The notes under the pieces are model-generated. The model did not search any database, was not told the origin of the DNA, and saw nothing but the letters and a program-made list of their open reading frames with translations. Of a DNA stretch of 64,000 nucleotides, positions 38,801-51,400 are shown piece after piece. A program made the position numbers and the translations under genes. This DNA is from Balanoglossus misakiensis (lineage: Eukaryota; Animalia; Hemichordata). Positions within the stretch are counted from its first letter, which is position 1, and each line of letters opens with the position of its first letter. Location of the stretch: the NCBI GenBank assembly GCA_040954595.2, contig CM082595.2, positions 10,033,918 to 10,097,917 of the forward strand, given 5' to 3'.

Positions 38801-39279
38801 TGTATATCTTCGAAAATAGAGTCAAAGATGTATACAAACAACGTTGGATCGAAAAAGCTTCACTGAAACCCAAACTCCGCACATATATCCAATTCAAAAG
38901 TTTACTAGAGCCTGAGAGATATTTGTACCTTCACTGTAATCACCAAGCTATCCGAATATTTACATATTTTCGCTGTTCAGTACTCCCTCTTGCGATCGAA
39001 GAAGGCAGGAGAGATAACATTGCTTCGGCTTTTAGATTTTGTAAAGTTTGTAACACAAATATGGTAGAAGATGAATACCACTTTCTTGTAATTTGCCCAC
39101 TGTACAATAATTTGAGAATACGGTACTTACCAAAGGAATTGTTTCTGGAACCAAATTTCTGTAAATTTCTAAGGTTTATGAGGTCATCTCTTTCAGATGA
39201 CCTACTTAGTCTCTGTAATTTTGTCCACAGAGCTTTCAGACTTCGAGAAAAAGCTGTAATGTACGTTTACTCACAGTGA
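35815..39279 (+). CDS. LINE ORF2: APE endonuclease, reverse transcriptase and C-terminal CCHC-type zinc motif (~1154 aa; non-ATG start, open from 35797)
   Basis: Endonuclease motifs: TWNIRGL, GLQETF, GRPSGG, GGDFNAR, SVIDY, SDHFP. RT motifs: KAPGPDGI, YRGISLL, QSGFR, FIDFSKAFD, GVRQGCILSPILF, YADD (38071), YKYLG. C-terminal CKVC-x8-H-x4-C (39040-39096). No internal stops or frameshifts. Confidence 0.97.
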   Translation: MNSSLSILTWNIRGLKQKIGNSDFISFCSKYDIIGLQETFCTERDNVDILKNHVVFSSPAKKRFVKGRPSGGSALYIKKNIADKVSRVNADIDNCIFIKIHKSLFQFNSDVIFGCCYLRPESILDHIETLENQLIVMKSNFPDSLCILGGDFNARTGTDDDFIFDDSLSFLPIDTDMYISSDFHAPRNSKDTLVNEAGKALLNICRNFGIHIVNGRTANDIAGSITHVSTTGGSVIDYVIMSPDLFRYVNHFEVLPRIESDHFPITCHLKSKNILTQKTNRPVGTVSNSIVYRMTEKCRNHFSDNLRSASVHNLLVESKRALPDISRSIHILNDALKVAGTDGRIQTSSQNKQTTSQPPWFGELCQQAKNNVYDKLKLFRQMGCSDSLNHYKTAKKSFRQICKNCKANYQHSLRNRFREAALNNSGEFWTILKSVSGRKKGSTSDIDIQTWFHYFSDLYRKCNDLKSGDLEFLQSVEDQLANYFSGDGPEEIDHDTNEVLNTPITEDEVLKCLKKLKSGKAPGPDGIPNEFYSSAADIILPVLVELFNLIFDSGIFPSEWSSAIVIPLFKKGDTGDANNYRGISLLNALGKVFTAVLNTRLSTWSDSSNIVSDCQSGFRKKHSTVDNIFVLHSIIQKYLSIRRGKIYCLFIDFSKAFDRINHSLLLYKLLSLGMKGKMFQILHSMYSGVKACVRAGNVSSQYFECPAGVRQGCILSPILFSFFIEELNHMFMSSGQMGIQLTQDMRDLFDLLYADDVVIFADSIRNLQSLIDILSSFCTKWRMEVNLDKTKVMIFRKGGHPSRLEKWYFRGKMLEIVSYYKYLGLLLSSRNTWSKAVYTLAYQAGKALNILSTTRRKLDFLDINVHFKLFDAMIVPILSYGAEIWGFQYFEVLENVQRRWCRLLLGVPKHTTTEAVMGECGRLPIYCTTIKRCIAYWLKLLEMPPHRIPRQAYLMLCNLDNMGRNTWATSVKDILFSFGFGFAWVSQDVGDKKHFLYIFENRVKDVYKQRWIEKASLKPKLRTYIQFKSLLEPERYLYLHCNHQAIRIFTYFRCSVLPLAIEEGRRDNIASAFRFCKVCNTNMVEDEYHFLVICPLYNNLRIRYLPKELFLEPNFCKFLRFMRSSLSDDLLSLCNFVHRAFRLREKAVMYVYSQ

Positions 39280-39368
39280 TGCGATTTGTGTTCTGATATA
39301 CCTTGCTATGCACTCCACTTATATGTTTTGTTGTATCTCTCTTTTGGAAAAAATCTAAATGTACCCCC

Positions 39369-39416
39369 TTTGCATATGGGCCGGCGGCCTTAAAACGCAA
39401 ATAAAAGATTATTATA
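39369..39416 (+). other. LINE 3' terminal stem-loop, polyadenylation-like signal and short tail
   Basis: TTTGC (39369-39373) pairs with GCAAA (39397-39401) and encloses the inner stem GGGCC-ggc-GGCCT (39378-39390). AATAAA is at 39400-39405, followed by AGATTATTATA. Confidence 0.6.
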
Positions 39417-42400
39417 TTGATCAAGTAAGATTTCCTACGGCGTGACTCGGCTGGTGCACCGGCTCTATATGACACAGACTGGCGTAAGTTATCAACGGTG
39501 ATTACGTCGGATTTCCTACGGCATGGTTTAGCTGAAGCCCCGGCACTTTAGAGCGGAAACACGCGTACATTGACCACGATGATCAAGTCAGATCTCCTAC
39601 GGCCTGGCTCGACTAAAACCCCGGCACACCATGACAGACACTAGCGTTCGTTAGCAACGGTGATCAAGTCGGATTTCCTTCGGCCTGGCTCTGCAAAAGA
39701 CCCGACACATTAGTACAAAGACGTTAGCTAAGTTGGGCAAACCGAAGAGGGAAAGTCACAGCGGGTCAACACTCGACATTTGTTCGGGTAGGACTGCATT
39801 ATTGCCTGTCAATTTATAGAGAAAGCCCGAATTTAACCAGGGCGTTTCAAACACCGACGTTATTTGGGGGCACGGCCTGCAGTACTGCCGGGTAAGCTGA
39901 CATCGGCGTACCGCATATAATGTAGGGGGGGGGGGGGGGGGCAGAACGGTTCAATACTACATTTATTAGATATCAGCTAATTTTGGACAATCATCTAAAA
40001 TCTAAATCATTTTTTCATATTTGGATATCTGATGATGTATGAAATTTCCAATATATGTAAAAATGGTGCTGATAATAAAAAATGCACTCTGAATGAGCTG
40101 ATTTAATACAAAATTGCGTTTTATTCGTTTTTGCACCAAAAAGGTCATTTTTAGGCAAAACATTCTTTATTTTTTTAATTCGGTGGCCTGATCATATATA
40201 AGCAATTGCTTGCATGTTAAAAGTTTTTATGACTTTTAAAAGCAGTGACACTGGCGGCATTCAACACGAAAATAACAATTTTAACCACAATTTGGTCAAA
40301 ATGGTAAATTTTTGAAAATTACAAAAAATACCTGTTTTCTACATTTTCGGAAATCTGATGGAGTATAGAATGCTCTTCGTATATATATATCGATACAAAT
40401 TCCACAAAAGACCGTCTAATTTGGCTCACTGCAGACAAAATTGCGTTTTACCAAATTTTTCTTGAAAATGTCATTTTTAGAAAAATAAAATAAAAAAACC
40501 TTCGTTCTTCGAATTTGGTGCCCTGATCATATATGACATGTTGATTGTATGTTAAAACTCTCGACCACTCCAAAAATGCAGAGATATTGACGGAATTCAA
40601 GAAAAAATAGCCATTTTGGCCATATTTTGACAAAATGGTACATTTTTAAAAAATCATAAAAAATAAACTCTTTTCTTCATTTTCGGAAATATTATGGAGC
40701 ATGAAGTGTCGTTCTCTTGTAAAAAGTGCTGCAAATTCCAGAAAAGGCGGTATAATTTGAATCACCCAAGACAAAATTGCAATTTTTCGACTTTTTTTCG
40801 AAAAATTGTCTTTTTTACAAAATAAATAAGAATAAATTCTTTTCTTAGTTTCAAACGGGTAGAGATACTTTCCACACGGGTTTTCTAACATTGAATTCCC
40901 GTCATCAACTCAGATTTCCTACAGCATAAGTCGGCTAAAACCCTGACACTCTAGAGCAGAAACAGTTGCACACTGGTAACGTTGAACAAGTCGATTTTTC
41001 TACGGCCTGGCTCGGCTAAATCTCCGTCACAATATGACAGACACTAGCGTACGTTAGCAACGGTGATCAAGTCAGATTTTCTACGGCATGGGTTGGATAA
41101 AGCCCCGGCACTCTAGAGCAGAAACACGCGTACAGAGACCACGTTGATCAAGTCTGATCTCCTACGGCTTGGCTCGACTAAAACCCCGGCACACTATGAC
41201 AGACATTAGCGTTCGTTAGCAACGTTGATCAAGTCAGATTTCCTACGGCATGGCTTGGCTAAAGCCCTGGCACTCTAGAGCAGAAACACGCGTACAGAGA
41301 CCACGTTGATCTACTCACATTTCCTTCGGCCTGGCACGGCTGATGCCCCGGCACTATATATAGGACACAAACTGGCGTAAGTTAACAACGGTAATCACGT
41401 CGGGTTTCCCACGGCCTGGCTCAGCTGAAGCCCCGGCACTCTAGAGCAGAAACAGGCGTACATTGACCACGTTGATCAAGTAAGATTTCCTACGGCGTGA
41501 CTCGGCTGGTGCACCGGCTCTATATGACACAGACTGGCGTAAGTTATCAACGGTGATTACGTCGGATTTCCTACGGCATGGTTTAGCTGAAGCCCCGGCA
41601 CTTTAGAGCGGAAACACGCGTACATTGACCACGATGATCAAGTCAGATCTCCTACGGCCTGGCTCGACTAAAACCCCGGCACACCATGACAGACACTAGC
41701 GTTCGTTAGCAACGGTGATCAAGTCGGATTTCCTTCGGCCCGGCTCTGCAAAAGACCCGACACATTAGTACAAAGACGTTGGCTAAGTCGGGCAAACCGA
41801 AGAGGGAAAGTCACAGCGGGTCAACACTCGACATTTGTTCGGGTAGGACTGCATTATTGCCTGTCAATTTATAGAGAAAGCCCGAATTTAACCAGGGCGT
41901 TTCAAACACCGACGTTATTTGGGGGCACGGCCTGCAGTACTGCCGGGTAAGCTGACATCGGCGTACCGCATATAATGTAGGGGGGGGGGGGGACAGAACG
42001 GTTCAATACTACATTTATTAGATATCAGCTAATTTTGGACAATCATCTAAAATCTAAATCATTTTTTCATATTTGGATATCTGATGATGTATGAAATTTC
42101 CAATATATGTAAAAATGGTGCTGATTATAAAAAATGCACTCTGAATGAGCTGATTTAATACAAAATTGCGTTTTATTCGTTTTTGCACCAAAAAGGTCAT
42201 TTTTAGGCAAAACATTCTTTATTTTTTTAATTCGGTGGCCTGATCATATATAAGCAATTGCTTGCATGTTAAAAGTTTTTATGACTTTTAAAAGCAGTGA
42301 CACTGGCGGCATTCAACACGAAAATAACAATTTTAACCACAATTTGGTCAAAATGGTAAATTTTTGAAAATTACAAAAAATACCTGTTTTCTACATTTTC

Positions 42401-45400
42401 GGAAATCTGATGGAGTATAGAATGCTCTTCGTATATATATATCGATACAAATTCCACAAAAGACCGTCTAATTTGGCTCACTGCAGACAAAATTGCGTTT
42501 TACCAAATTTTTCTTGAAAATGTGATTTTTAGAAAAATAAAATAAAAAAACCTTCGTTCTTCGAATTTGGTGCCCTGATCATATATGACATGTTGATTGT
42601 ATGTTAAAACTTTCGACCACTCCAAAAATGCAGAGATATTGACGGAATTCAAGAAAAAATAGCCATTTTGGCCATATTTTGACAAAATGGTACATTTTTA
42701 AAAAATCATAAAAAATAAACTCTTTTCTTCATTTTCGGAAATATTATGGAGCATGAAGTGTCGTTCTCTTGTAAAAAGTGCTGCAAATTCCAGAAAATGT
42801 GGTATAATTTGAATCACCCAAGACAAAATTACCATTTTCGACTTGTTTTCGAAAAATTGTCTTTTTTACAAAATAAACAAGAATAAATTCTTTTCTTAGT
42901 TTCAAACGGGTAGAGATACTTTCCACACGGGTTTTCTAACATTGAATTCCCGTTCATCAACTCAGATTTCCTACAGCATAAGTCGGCTAAAACCCTGACA
43001 CTCTAGAGCAGAAACAGTTGCACACTGGTAACGTTGAACAAGTCGATTTTTCTACGGCCTGGCTCGGCTAAATCTCGTCACAATATGACAGACACTAGCG
43101 TACGTTAGCAACGGTGATCAAGTCAGATTTTCTACGGCATGGGTTGGATAAAGCCCCGGCACTCTAGAGCAGAAACACGCGTACAGAGACCACGTTGATC
43201 AAGTCTGATCTCCTACGGCTTGGCTCGACTAAAACCCCGGCACACTATGACAGACATTAGCGTTCGTTAGCAACGTTGATCAAGTCAGATTTCCTACGGC
43301 ATGGCTTGGCTAAAGCCCTGGCACTCTAGAGCAGAAACACGCGTACAGAGACCACGTTGATCTACTCACATTTCCTTCGGCCTGGCACGGCTGATGCCCC
43401 GGCACTATATATAGGACACAAACTGGCGTAAGTTAACAACGGTAATCACGTCGGGTTTCCCACGGCCTGGCTCAGCTGAAGCCCCGGCACTCTAGAGCAG
43501 AAACAGGCGTACATTGACCACGTTGATCAAGTAAGATTTCCTACGGCGTGACTCGGCTGGTGCACCGGCTCTATATGACACAGACTGGCGTAAGTTATCA
43601 ACGGTGATTACGTCGGATTTCCTACGGCATGGTTTAGCTGAAGCCCCGGCACTTTAGAGCGGAAACACGCGTACATTGACCACGATGATCAAGTCAGATC
43701 TCCTACGGCCTGGCTCGACTAAAACCCCGGCACACCATGACAGACACTAGCGTTCGTTAGCAACGGTGATCAAGTCGGATTTCCTTCGGCCTGGCTCTGC
43801 AAAAGACCCGACACATTAGTACAAAGACGTTGGCTAAGTCAGGCAAACCGAAGAGGGAAAGTCACAGCGGGTCAACACTCGACATTTGTTCGGGTAGGAC
43901 TGCATTATTGCCTGTCAATTTATAGAGAAAGCCCGAATTTAACCAGGGCGTTTCAAACACCGACGTTATTTGGGGGCACGGCCTGCAGTACTGCCGGGTA
44001 AGCTGACATCGGCGTACCGCATATAATGTAGGGGGGGGGGGAAACAGAACGGTTCAATACTACATTTATTAGATATCAGCTAATTTTGGACAATCATCTA
44101 AAATCTAAATCATTTTTTCATATTTGGATATCTGATGATGTATGAAATTTCCAATATATGTAAAAATGGTGCTGATAATAAAAAATGCACTCTGAATGAG
44201 CTGATTTAATACAAAATTGCGTTTTATTCGTTTTTGCACCAAAAAGGTCATTTTTAGGCAAAACATTCTTTATTTTTTTAATTCGGTGGCCTGATCATAT
44301 ATAAGCAATTGCTTGCATGTTAAAAGTTTTTATGACTTTTAAAAGCAGTGACACTGGCGGCATTCAACACGAAAATAACAATTTTAACCACAATTTGGTC
44401 AAAATGGTAAATTTTTGAAAATTACAAAAAATACCTGTTTTCTACATTTTCGGAAATCTGATGGAGTATAGAATGCTCTTCGTATATATATATCGATACA
44501 AATTCCACAAAAGACCGTCTAATTTGGCTCACTGCAGACAAAATTGCGTTTTACCAAATTTTTCTTGAAAATGTGATTTTTAGAAAAATAAAATAAAAAA
44601 ACCTTCGTTCTTCGAATTTGGTGCCCTGATCATATATGACATGTTGATTGTATGTTAAAACTTTCGACCACTCCAAAAATGCAGAGATATTGACGGAATT
44701 CAAGAAAAAATAGCCATTTTGGCCATATTTTGACAAAATGGTACATTTTTAAAAAATCATAAAAAATAAACTCTTTTCTTCATTTTCGGAAATATTATGG
44801 AGCATGAAGTGTCGTTCTCTTGTAAAAAGTGCTGCAAATTCCAGAAAATGTGGTATAATTTGAATCACCCAAGACAAAATTACCATTTTCGACTTGTTTT
44901 CGAAAAATTGTCTTTTTTAAAAAATAAACAAGAATAAATTCTTTTCTTAGTTTCAAACGGGTAGAGATACTTTCCACACGGGTTTTCTAACATTGAATTC
45001 CCGTTCATCAACTCAGATTTCCTACAGCATAAGTCGGCTAAAACCCTGACACTCTAGAGCAGAAACAGTTGCACACTGGTAACGTTGAACAAGTCGATTT
45101 TTCTACGGCCTGGCTCGGCTAAATCTCGTCACAATATGACAGACACTAGCGTACGTTAGCAACGGTGATCAAGTCAGATTTTCAACGGCATGGGTTGGAT
45201 AAAGCCCCGGCACTCTAGAGCAGAAACACGCGTACAGAGACCACGTTGATCAAGTCTGATCTCCTACGGCTTGGCTCGACTAAAACCCCGGCACACTATG
45301 ACAGACACTAGCGTTCGTTAACAACGTTGATCAAGTCAGATTTCCTACGGCATGGCTTTGCTAAAGCCCTGACACTCTAGAGCAGAAACACGCGTACAGA

Positions 45401-48400
45401 GACCACGTTGATCTACTCACATTTCCTTCGGCCTGGCACGGCTGATGCCCCGGCACTATATATAGGACACAGACTGGCGTAAGTTAACAACGGTAATCAC
45501 GTCGGGTTTCCCACGGCCTGGCTCAGCTGAAGCCCCGGCACTCTAGAGCAGAAACAGGCGTACATTGACCACGTTGATCACGAAAATAACAATTTTAGCC
45601 ACAATTTGGTCAAAATGGTAAATTTTTGAAAATTACAAAAAATACCTGTTTTCTACATTTTCGGAAATCTGATGGAGTATAGAATGCCCTTCGTATGTAT
45701 ATATCGATACAAATTCCACAAAAGACCGTCTAATTTGGCTCACTGCAGACAAAATTGCGTTTTACCAAATTTTCCTTGAAAATGTCATTTTTAGAAAAAA
45801 AAATAAAAAAACCTTTATTCTTCGAATTTGGTGCCCTGATCATATATGACATGTTGATTGTATGTTAAAACTCTCGACCACTCCAAAAATGCAGAGATAT
45901 TGACGGAATTCAAGAAAAATAGCCATTTTGGCCATATTTTGACAAAAATGGTAAATTTTTGAAAAATCATAAAAAATTAACTCTTTTCTTCATTTTCGGA
46001 AATATTATGGAGCATGAAGTGTCGTTCTCTTGTAAAAAGTGCTGCAAATTCCAGAAAAGGCGGTATAATTTGAATCACCCAAGACAAAATTGCAATTTTT
46101 CGACTTTTTTTCGAAAAATTGTCTTTTTTACAAAATAAATAAGAATAAATTCTTTTCTTAGTTTCAAACGGGTAGAGATACTTTCCACACGGGTTTTCTA
46201 ACATTGAATTCCCGTTCATCAACTCAGATTTCCTACAGCATAAGTCGGCTAAAACCCTGACACTCTAGAGCAGAAACAGTTGCACACTGGTAACGTTGAA
46301 CAAGTCGATTTTTCTACGGCCTGGCTCGGCTAAATCTCTGTCACAATATGACAGACACTAGCGTACGTTAGCAACGGTGATCAAGTCAGATTTTCTACGG
46401 CATGGGTTGGATAAAGCCCCGGCACTCTAGAGCAGAAACACGCGTACAGAGACCACGTTGATCAAGTCTGATCTCCTACGGCTTGGCTCGACTAAAACCC
46501 CGGCACACTATGACAGACATTAGCGTTCGTTAGCAACGTTGATCAAGTCAGATTTCCTACGGCATGGCTTGGCTAAAGCCCTGGCACTCTAGAGCAGAAA
46601 CACGCGTACAGAGACCACGTTGATCTACTCACATTTCCTTCGGCCTGGCACGGCTGATGCCCCGGCACTATATATAGGACACAAACTGGCGTAAGTTAAC
46701 AACGGTAATCACGTCGGGTTTCCCACGGCCTGGCTCAGCTGAAGCCCCGGCACTCTAGAGCAGAAACAGGCGTACATTGACCACGTTGATCAAGTAAGAT
46801 TTCCTACGGCGTGACTCGGCTGGTGCACCGGCTCTATATGACACAGACTGGCGTAAGTTATCAACGGTGATTACGTCGGATTTCCTACGGCATGGTTTAG
46901 CTGAAGCCCCGGCACTTTAGAGCGGAAACACGCGTACATTGACCACGATGATCAAGTCAGATCTCCTACGGCCTGGCTCGACTAAAACCCCGGCACACCA
47001 TGACAGACACTAGCGTTCGTTAGCAACGGTGATCAAGTCGGATTTCCTTCGGCCTGGCTCTCAAAAGACCCGACACATTAGTACAAAGACGTTGGCTAAG
47101 TCGGGCAAACCGAAGAGGGAAAGTCACAGCGGGTCAACACTCGACATTTGTTCGGGTAGGACTGCATTATTGCCTGTCAATTTATAGAGAAAGCCCGAAT
47201 TTAACCAGGGCGTTTCAAACACCGACGTTATTTGGGGGCACGGCCTGCAGTACTGCCGGGTAAGCTGACATCGGCGTACCGCATATAATGTAGGGGGGGG
47301 GGGGGGCAGAACGGTTCAATACTACATTTATTAGATATCAGCTAATTTTGGACAATCATCTAAAATCTAAATCATTTTTTCATATTTGGATATCTGATGA
47401 TGTATGAAATTTCCAATATATGTAAAAATGGTGCTGATAATAAAAAATGCACTCTGAATGAGCTGATTTAATACAAAATTGCGTTTTATTCGTTTTTGCA
47501 CCAAAAAGGTCATTTTTAGGCAAAACATTCTTTATTTTTTTAATTCGGTGGCCTGATCATATATAAGCAATTGCTTGCATGTTAAAAGTTTTTATGACTT
47601 TTAAAAGCAGTGACACTGGCGGCATTCAACACGAAAATAACAATTTTAACCACAATTTGGTCAAAATGGTAAATTTTTGAAAATTACAAAAAATACCTGT
47701 TTTCTACATTTTCGGAAATCTGATGGAGTATAGAATGCTCTTCGTATATATATATCGATACAAATTCCACAAAAGACCGTCTAATTTGGCTCACTGCAGA
47801 CAAAATTGCGTTTTACCAAATTTTTCTTGAAAATGTCATTTTTAGAAAAATAAAATAAAAAAACCTTCGTTCTTCGAATTTGGTGCCCTGATCATATATG
47901 ACATGTTGATTGTATGTTAAAACTTTCGACCACTCCAAAAATGCAGAGATATTGACGGAATTCAAGAAAAAATAGCCATTTTGGCCATATTTTGACAAAA
48001 TGGTACATTTTTAAAAAATCATAAAAAATAAACTCTTTTCTTCATTTTCGGAAATATTATGGAGCATGAAGTGTCGTTCTCTTGTAAAAAGTGCTGCAAA
48101 TCCAAGAAAAGGCGGTATAATTTGAATCACCCAAGACAAAATTGCAATTTTTCGACTTTTTTTCGAAAAATTGTCTTTTTTACAAAATAAATAAGAATAA
48201 ATTCTTTTCTTAGTTTCAAACGGGTAGAGATACTTTCCACACGGGTTTTCTAACATTGAATTCCCGTCATCAACTCAGATTTCCTACAGCATAAGTCGGC
48301 TAAAACCCTGACACTCTAGAGCAGAAACAGTTGCACACTGGTAACGTTGAACAAGTCGATTTTTCTACGGCCTGGCTCGGCTAAATCTCCGTCACAATAT

Positions 48401-51400
48401 GACAGACACTAGCGTACGTTAGCAACGGTGATCAAGTCAGATTTTCTACGGCATGGGTTGGATAAAGCCCCGGCACTCTAGAGCAGAAACACGCGTACAG
48501 AGACCACGTTGATCAAGTCTGATCTCCTACGGCTTGGCTCGACTAAAACCCCGGCACACTATGACAGACACTAGCGTTCGTTAGCAACTTTGATCAAGTC
48601 AGATTTCCTACGGCATGGCTTAGCTAAAGCCCTGGCACTCTAGAGCAGAAACACGCGTACAGAGACCACGTTGATCTTCTCACATTTCCTTCGGCCTGGC
48701 ACGGCTGATGCCCCGGCACTATATATAGGACACAGACAGGCGTAAGTTAACAACGGTAATCACGTCGGGTTTCCTACGGCCTGGCTCAGCTGAAGCCCCG
48801 GCACTCTAGAGCAGAAACAGGCGTACATTGACCACGTTGATCAAGTCAGATTTCCTACGGCGTGACTCGGCTGGTGCACCGGCTCTATATGACACAGACT
48901 GGCGTAAGTTATCAACGGTGATTACGTCGGATTTCCTACGGCCTGGTTTAGCTGAAACCCCGGCACTTTAGAGCGGAAACACGCGTACATTGACCACGAT
49001 GATCAAGTCAGATCTCCTACGGCCTGGCTCGACTAAAACCCCGGCACACCATGACAGACACTAGCGTTCGTTAGCAACGGTGATCAAGTCGGATTTCCTT
49101 CGGCCTGGCTCTGCAAAAGACCCGTCACTCTAGTACAAAGACGTTGGCTAAGTCGGGCAAACCGAACAGGGAAAGTCACAGCGGTTCAACACTTGACATT
49201 TGTTCCGGTAGGACTGCATTATTGCCTGTCGATTTATAGAGAGAGCCCGAATTTAACCAGGGCGTTTCAAACACCGACGTTTGTTGGGGGCACGGCCTAC
49301 AGTACTGCCGGGTAAGCTGACATCCGCGTACCGCATGTAATGTAGGGGGGGGGGGGAACAGAACGGTTCAATACTACATTTATTAGATATCAGCTACTTT
49401 TGGACAATCATCTAAAATCTAAATCATTTTTTCATATTTGGATATCTGATGATGTATGAAATTTCCATTATATGTAAAAATGGTGCTGATTATAAAGAAT
49501 GCACTCTGAATGAGCTGATTTAATACAAAATTGCGTTTTATTCGTTTTTGCACCAAAAAGGTCATTTTTAGGGAAAACATTCTTTATTCTTTAAATTCGG
49601 TGACCTGATCATATATAAACAATTGCTTGTGTGTTAAAAGTTTTAATGACTTTTAAAAGCAGTGACACTGGCGGCATTCAACACGAAAATAACAATTTTA
49701 GCCACAATTTGGTCAAAATGGAAAATTTTTCAAAATTACAAAAAATACCCTTTTCTACATTTTCGGAAATCTGATGGAGTATAGAATGCTCTTCGTATGT
49801 ATATATCGATACAAATTCCACAAAAGACCGTCTAATTTGGCTCACTGCAGACAAAATTGCGTTTTACCAAATTTTCCTTGAAAATGTCATTTTTAGAAAA
49901 AAAAATAAAAAAACCTTTGTTCTTCGAATTTGGTGCCCCGATCATATATGACATGTTGATTGTATGTTAAAAGTTTCGACCACTCCAAAAATGCAGAGAT
50001 ATTGACGGAATTCAAGAAAAAATAGCCATTTTGGCCATATTTTGACAAAAATGGTAAAATTTTAAAAAATCATAAAAAATTAACTCTTTTCTTCATTTTC
50101 GGAAATATTATGGAGCATGAAGTGTCGTTCTCTTGTAAAAAGTGCTGCAAATTCCAGAAAAGGTGGTATAATTTGAATCACCCAAGACAAAATTACCATT
50201 ATCGCCTTTGTTTCAAACATTGTCTTTTTTACAAAATAAATAAGAATAAATTCTTTTCTTAGTTTCAAACGAGTAGAGATACTTTTCACACGGGTTTTCT
50301 AACATTGAATTCCCGTTCATCAACTCTGATTTCCTACAGCATAAATCGGCTAAAACCCTGACACTCTAGAGCAGAAACAGTTGCACACTGGTAACGTTGA
50401 ACAAGTCGATTTTTTACGGCCTGGCTCGGCTAAATCTCCGTCACAATATGACAGACACTAGCGTACGTTAGCAACGGTGATCAAGTCAGATTTTCTACGG
50501 CATGGCTTGGATAAAGCCCCGGCACTCAAGAGCAGAAACACGCGTACAGAGACCACGTTGATCAAGTCTGATCTCCTACGGCTTGGCTCGACTAAAACCC
50601 CGGCACACTATGACAGACACTAGCGTTCGCTAGCAACGTTGATCAAGTCAGATTTCCTACGGCATGGCTTTGCTAAAGCCCTGACACTCTAGAGCAGAAA
50701 CACGCGTACAGAGACCACGTTGATCTACTCACATTTCCTTCGGCCTGGCACGGCTGATGCCCCGGCACTATATATAGGACACAGACTGGCGTAAGTTAAC
50801 AACTGTAATCACGTCGGGTTTCCTACGGCCTGGCTCAGCTGAAGCCCCGGCACTCTAGAGCAGAAACAGGCGTACATTGACCACGTTGATCAAGTCAGAT
50901 TTCCTACGGCGTGACTCGGCTGGTGCACCGGCTCTATATGACACAGACTGGCGTAAGTTATCAACGGTGATTACGTCGGATTTCCTACGGCCTGGTTTAG
51001 CTGAAGCCCCGGCACTTTAGAGCGGAAACACGCGTACATTGACCACGATGATCAAGTCAGATCTCCTACGGCCTGGCTCGACTAAAACCCCGGCACACCA
51101 TGACAGACACTAGCGTTCGTTAGCAACGGTGATCAAGTCGGATTTCCTTCGGCCTGGCTCTGCAAAAGACCCGACACTCTAGTACAAAGACGTCGGCTAA
51201 GTCGGGCAAACCGAAGAGGGAAAGTCACAGCGTGTCAACACTCGACATTTGTTCGGGTAGGTCTGCATTATTGCCTGTCAATTTATAGAGAAAGCCCGAA
51301 TTTAACCAGGGCGTTTCAAACACCGACGTTAGGTGGGGGCACGGCCTGCAGTACTGCCGGGTAAGCTGACATCGGCGTACCGCATATAATGTAGGGGAGG

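Larger units (their letters stand above)
34685..39416 (+). mobile_element. Apparently full-length APE-type non-LTR retrotransposon (LINE), ~4.73 kb; tentatively RTEX-like, clade not established
   Basis: Unique sequence interrupting one monomer, with TSD TTGATCA (34678-34684 and 39417-39423). It has a ~150-nt 5' UTR, intact ORF1 and ORF2, and a short 3' UTR with a hairpin, AATAAA and a short ATT-type tail. The true 5' end may be 34692 because target sequence is duplicated at the junction. Confidence 0.96.

Noticed and set aside
35815-39279. RT as part of a prokaryotic retron, DGR or group II intron next to a repeat array
   Set aside because: The APE endonuclease, L1-type ORF1, TSD and 3' tail identify a eukaryotic LINE that interrupts the satellite rather than being functionally paired with it.
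39236-39475. 79-aa minus-strand ORF across the LINE 3' junction
   Set aside because: It is a chance fusion of satellite and antisense 3' UTR sequence created by the insertion.
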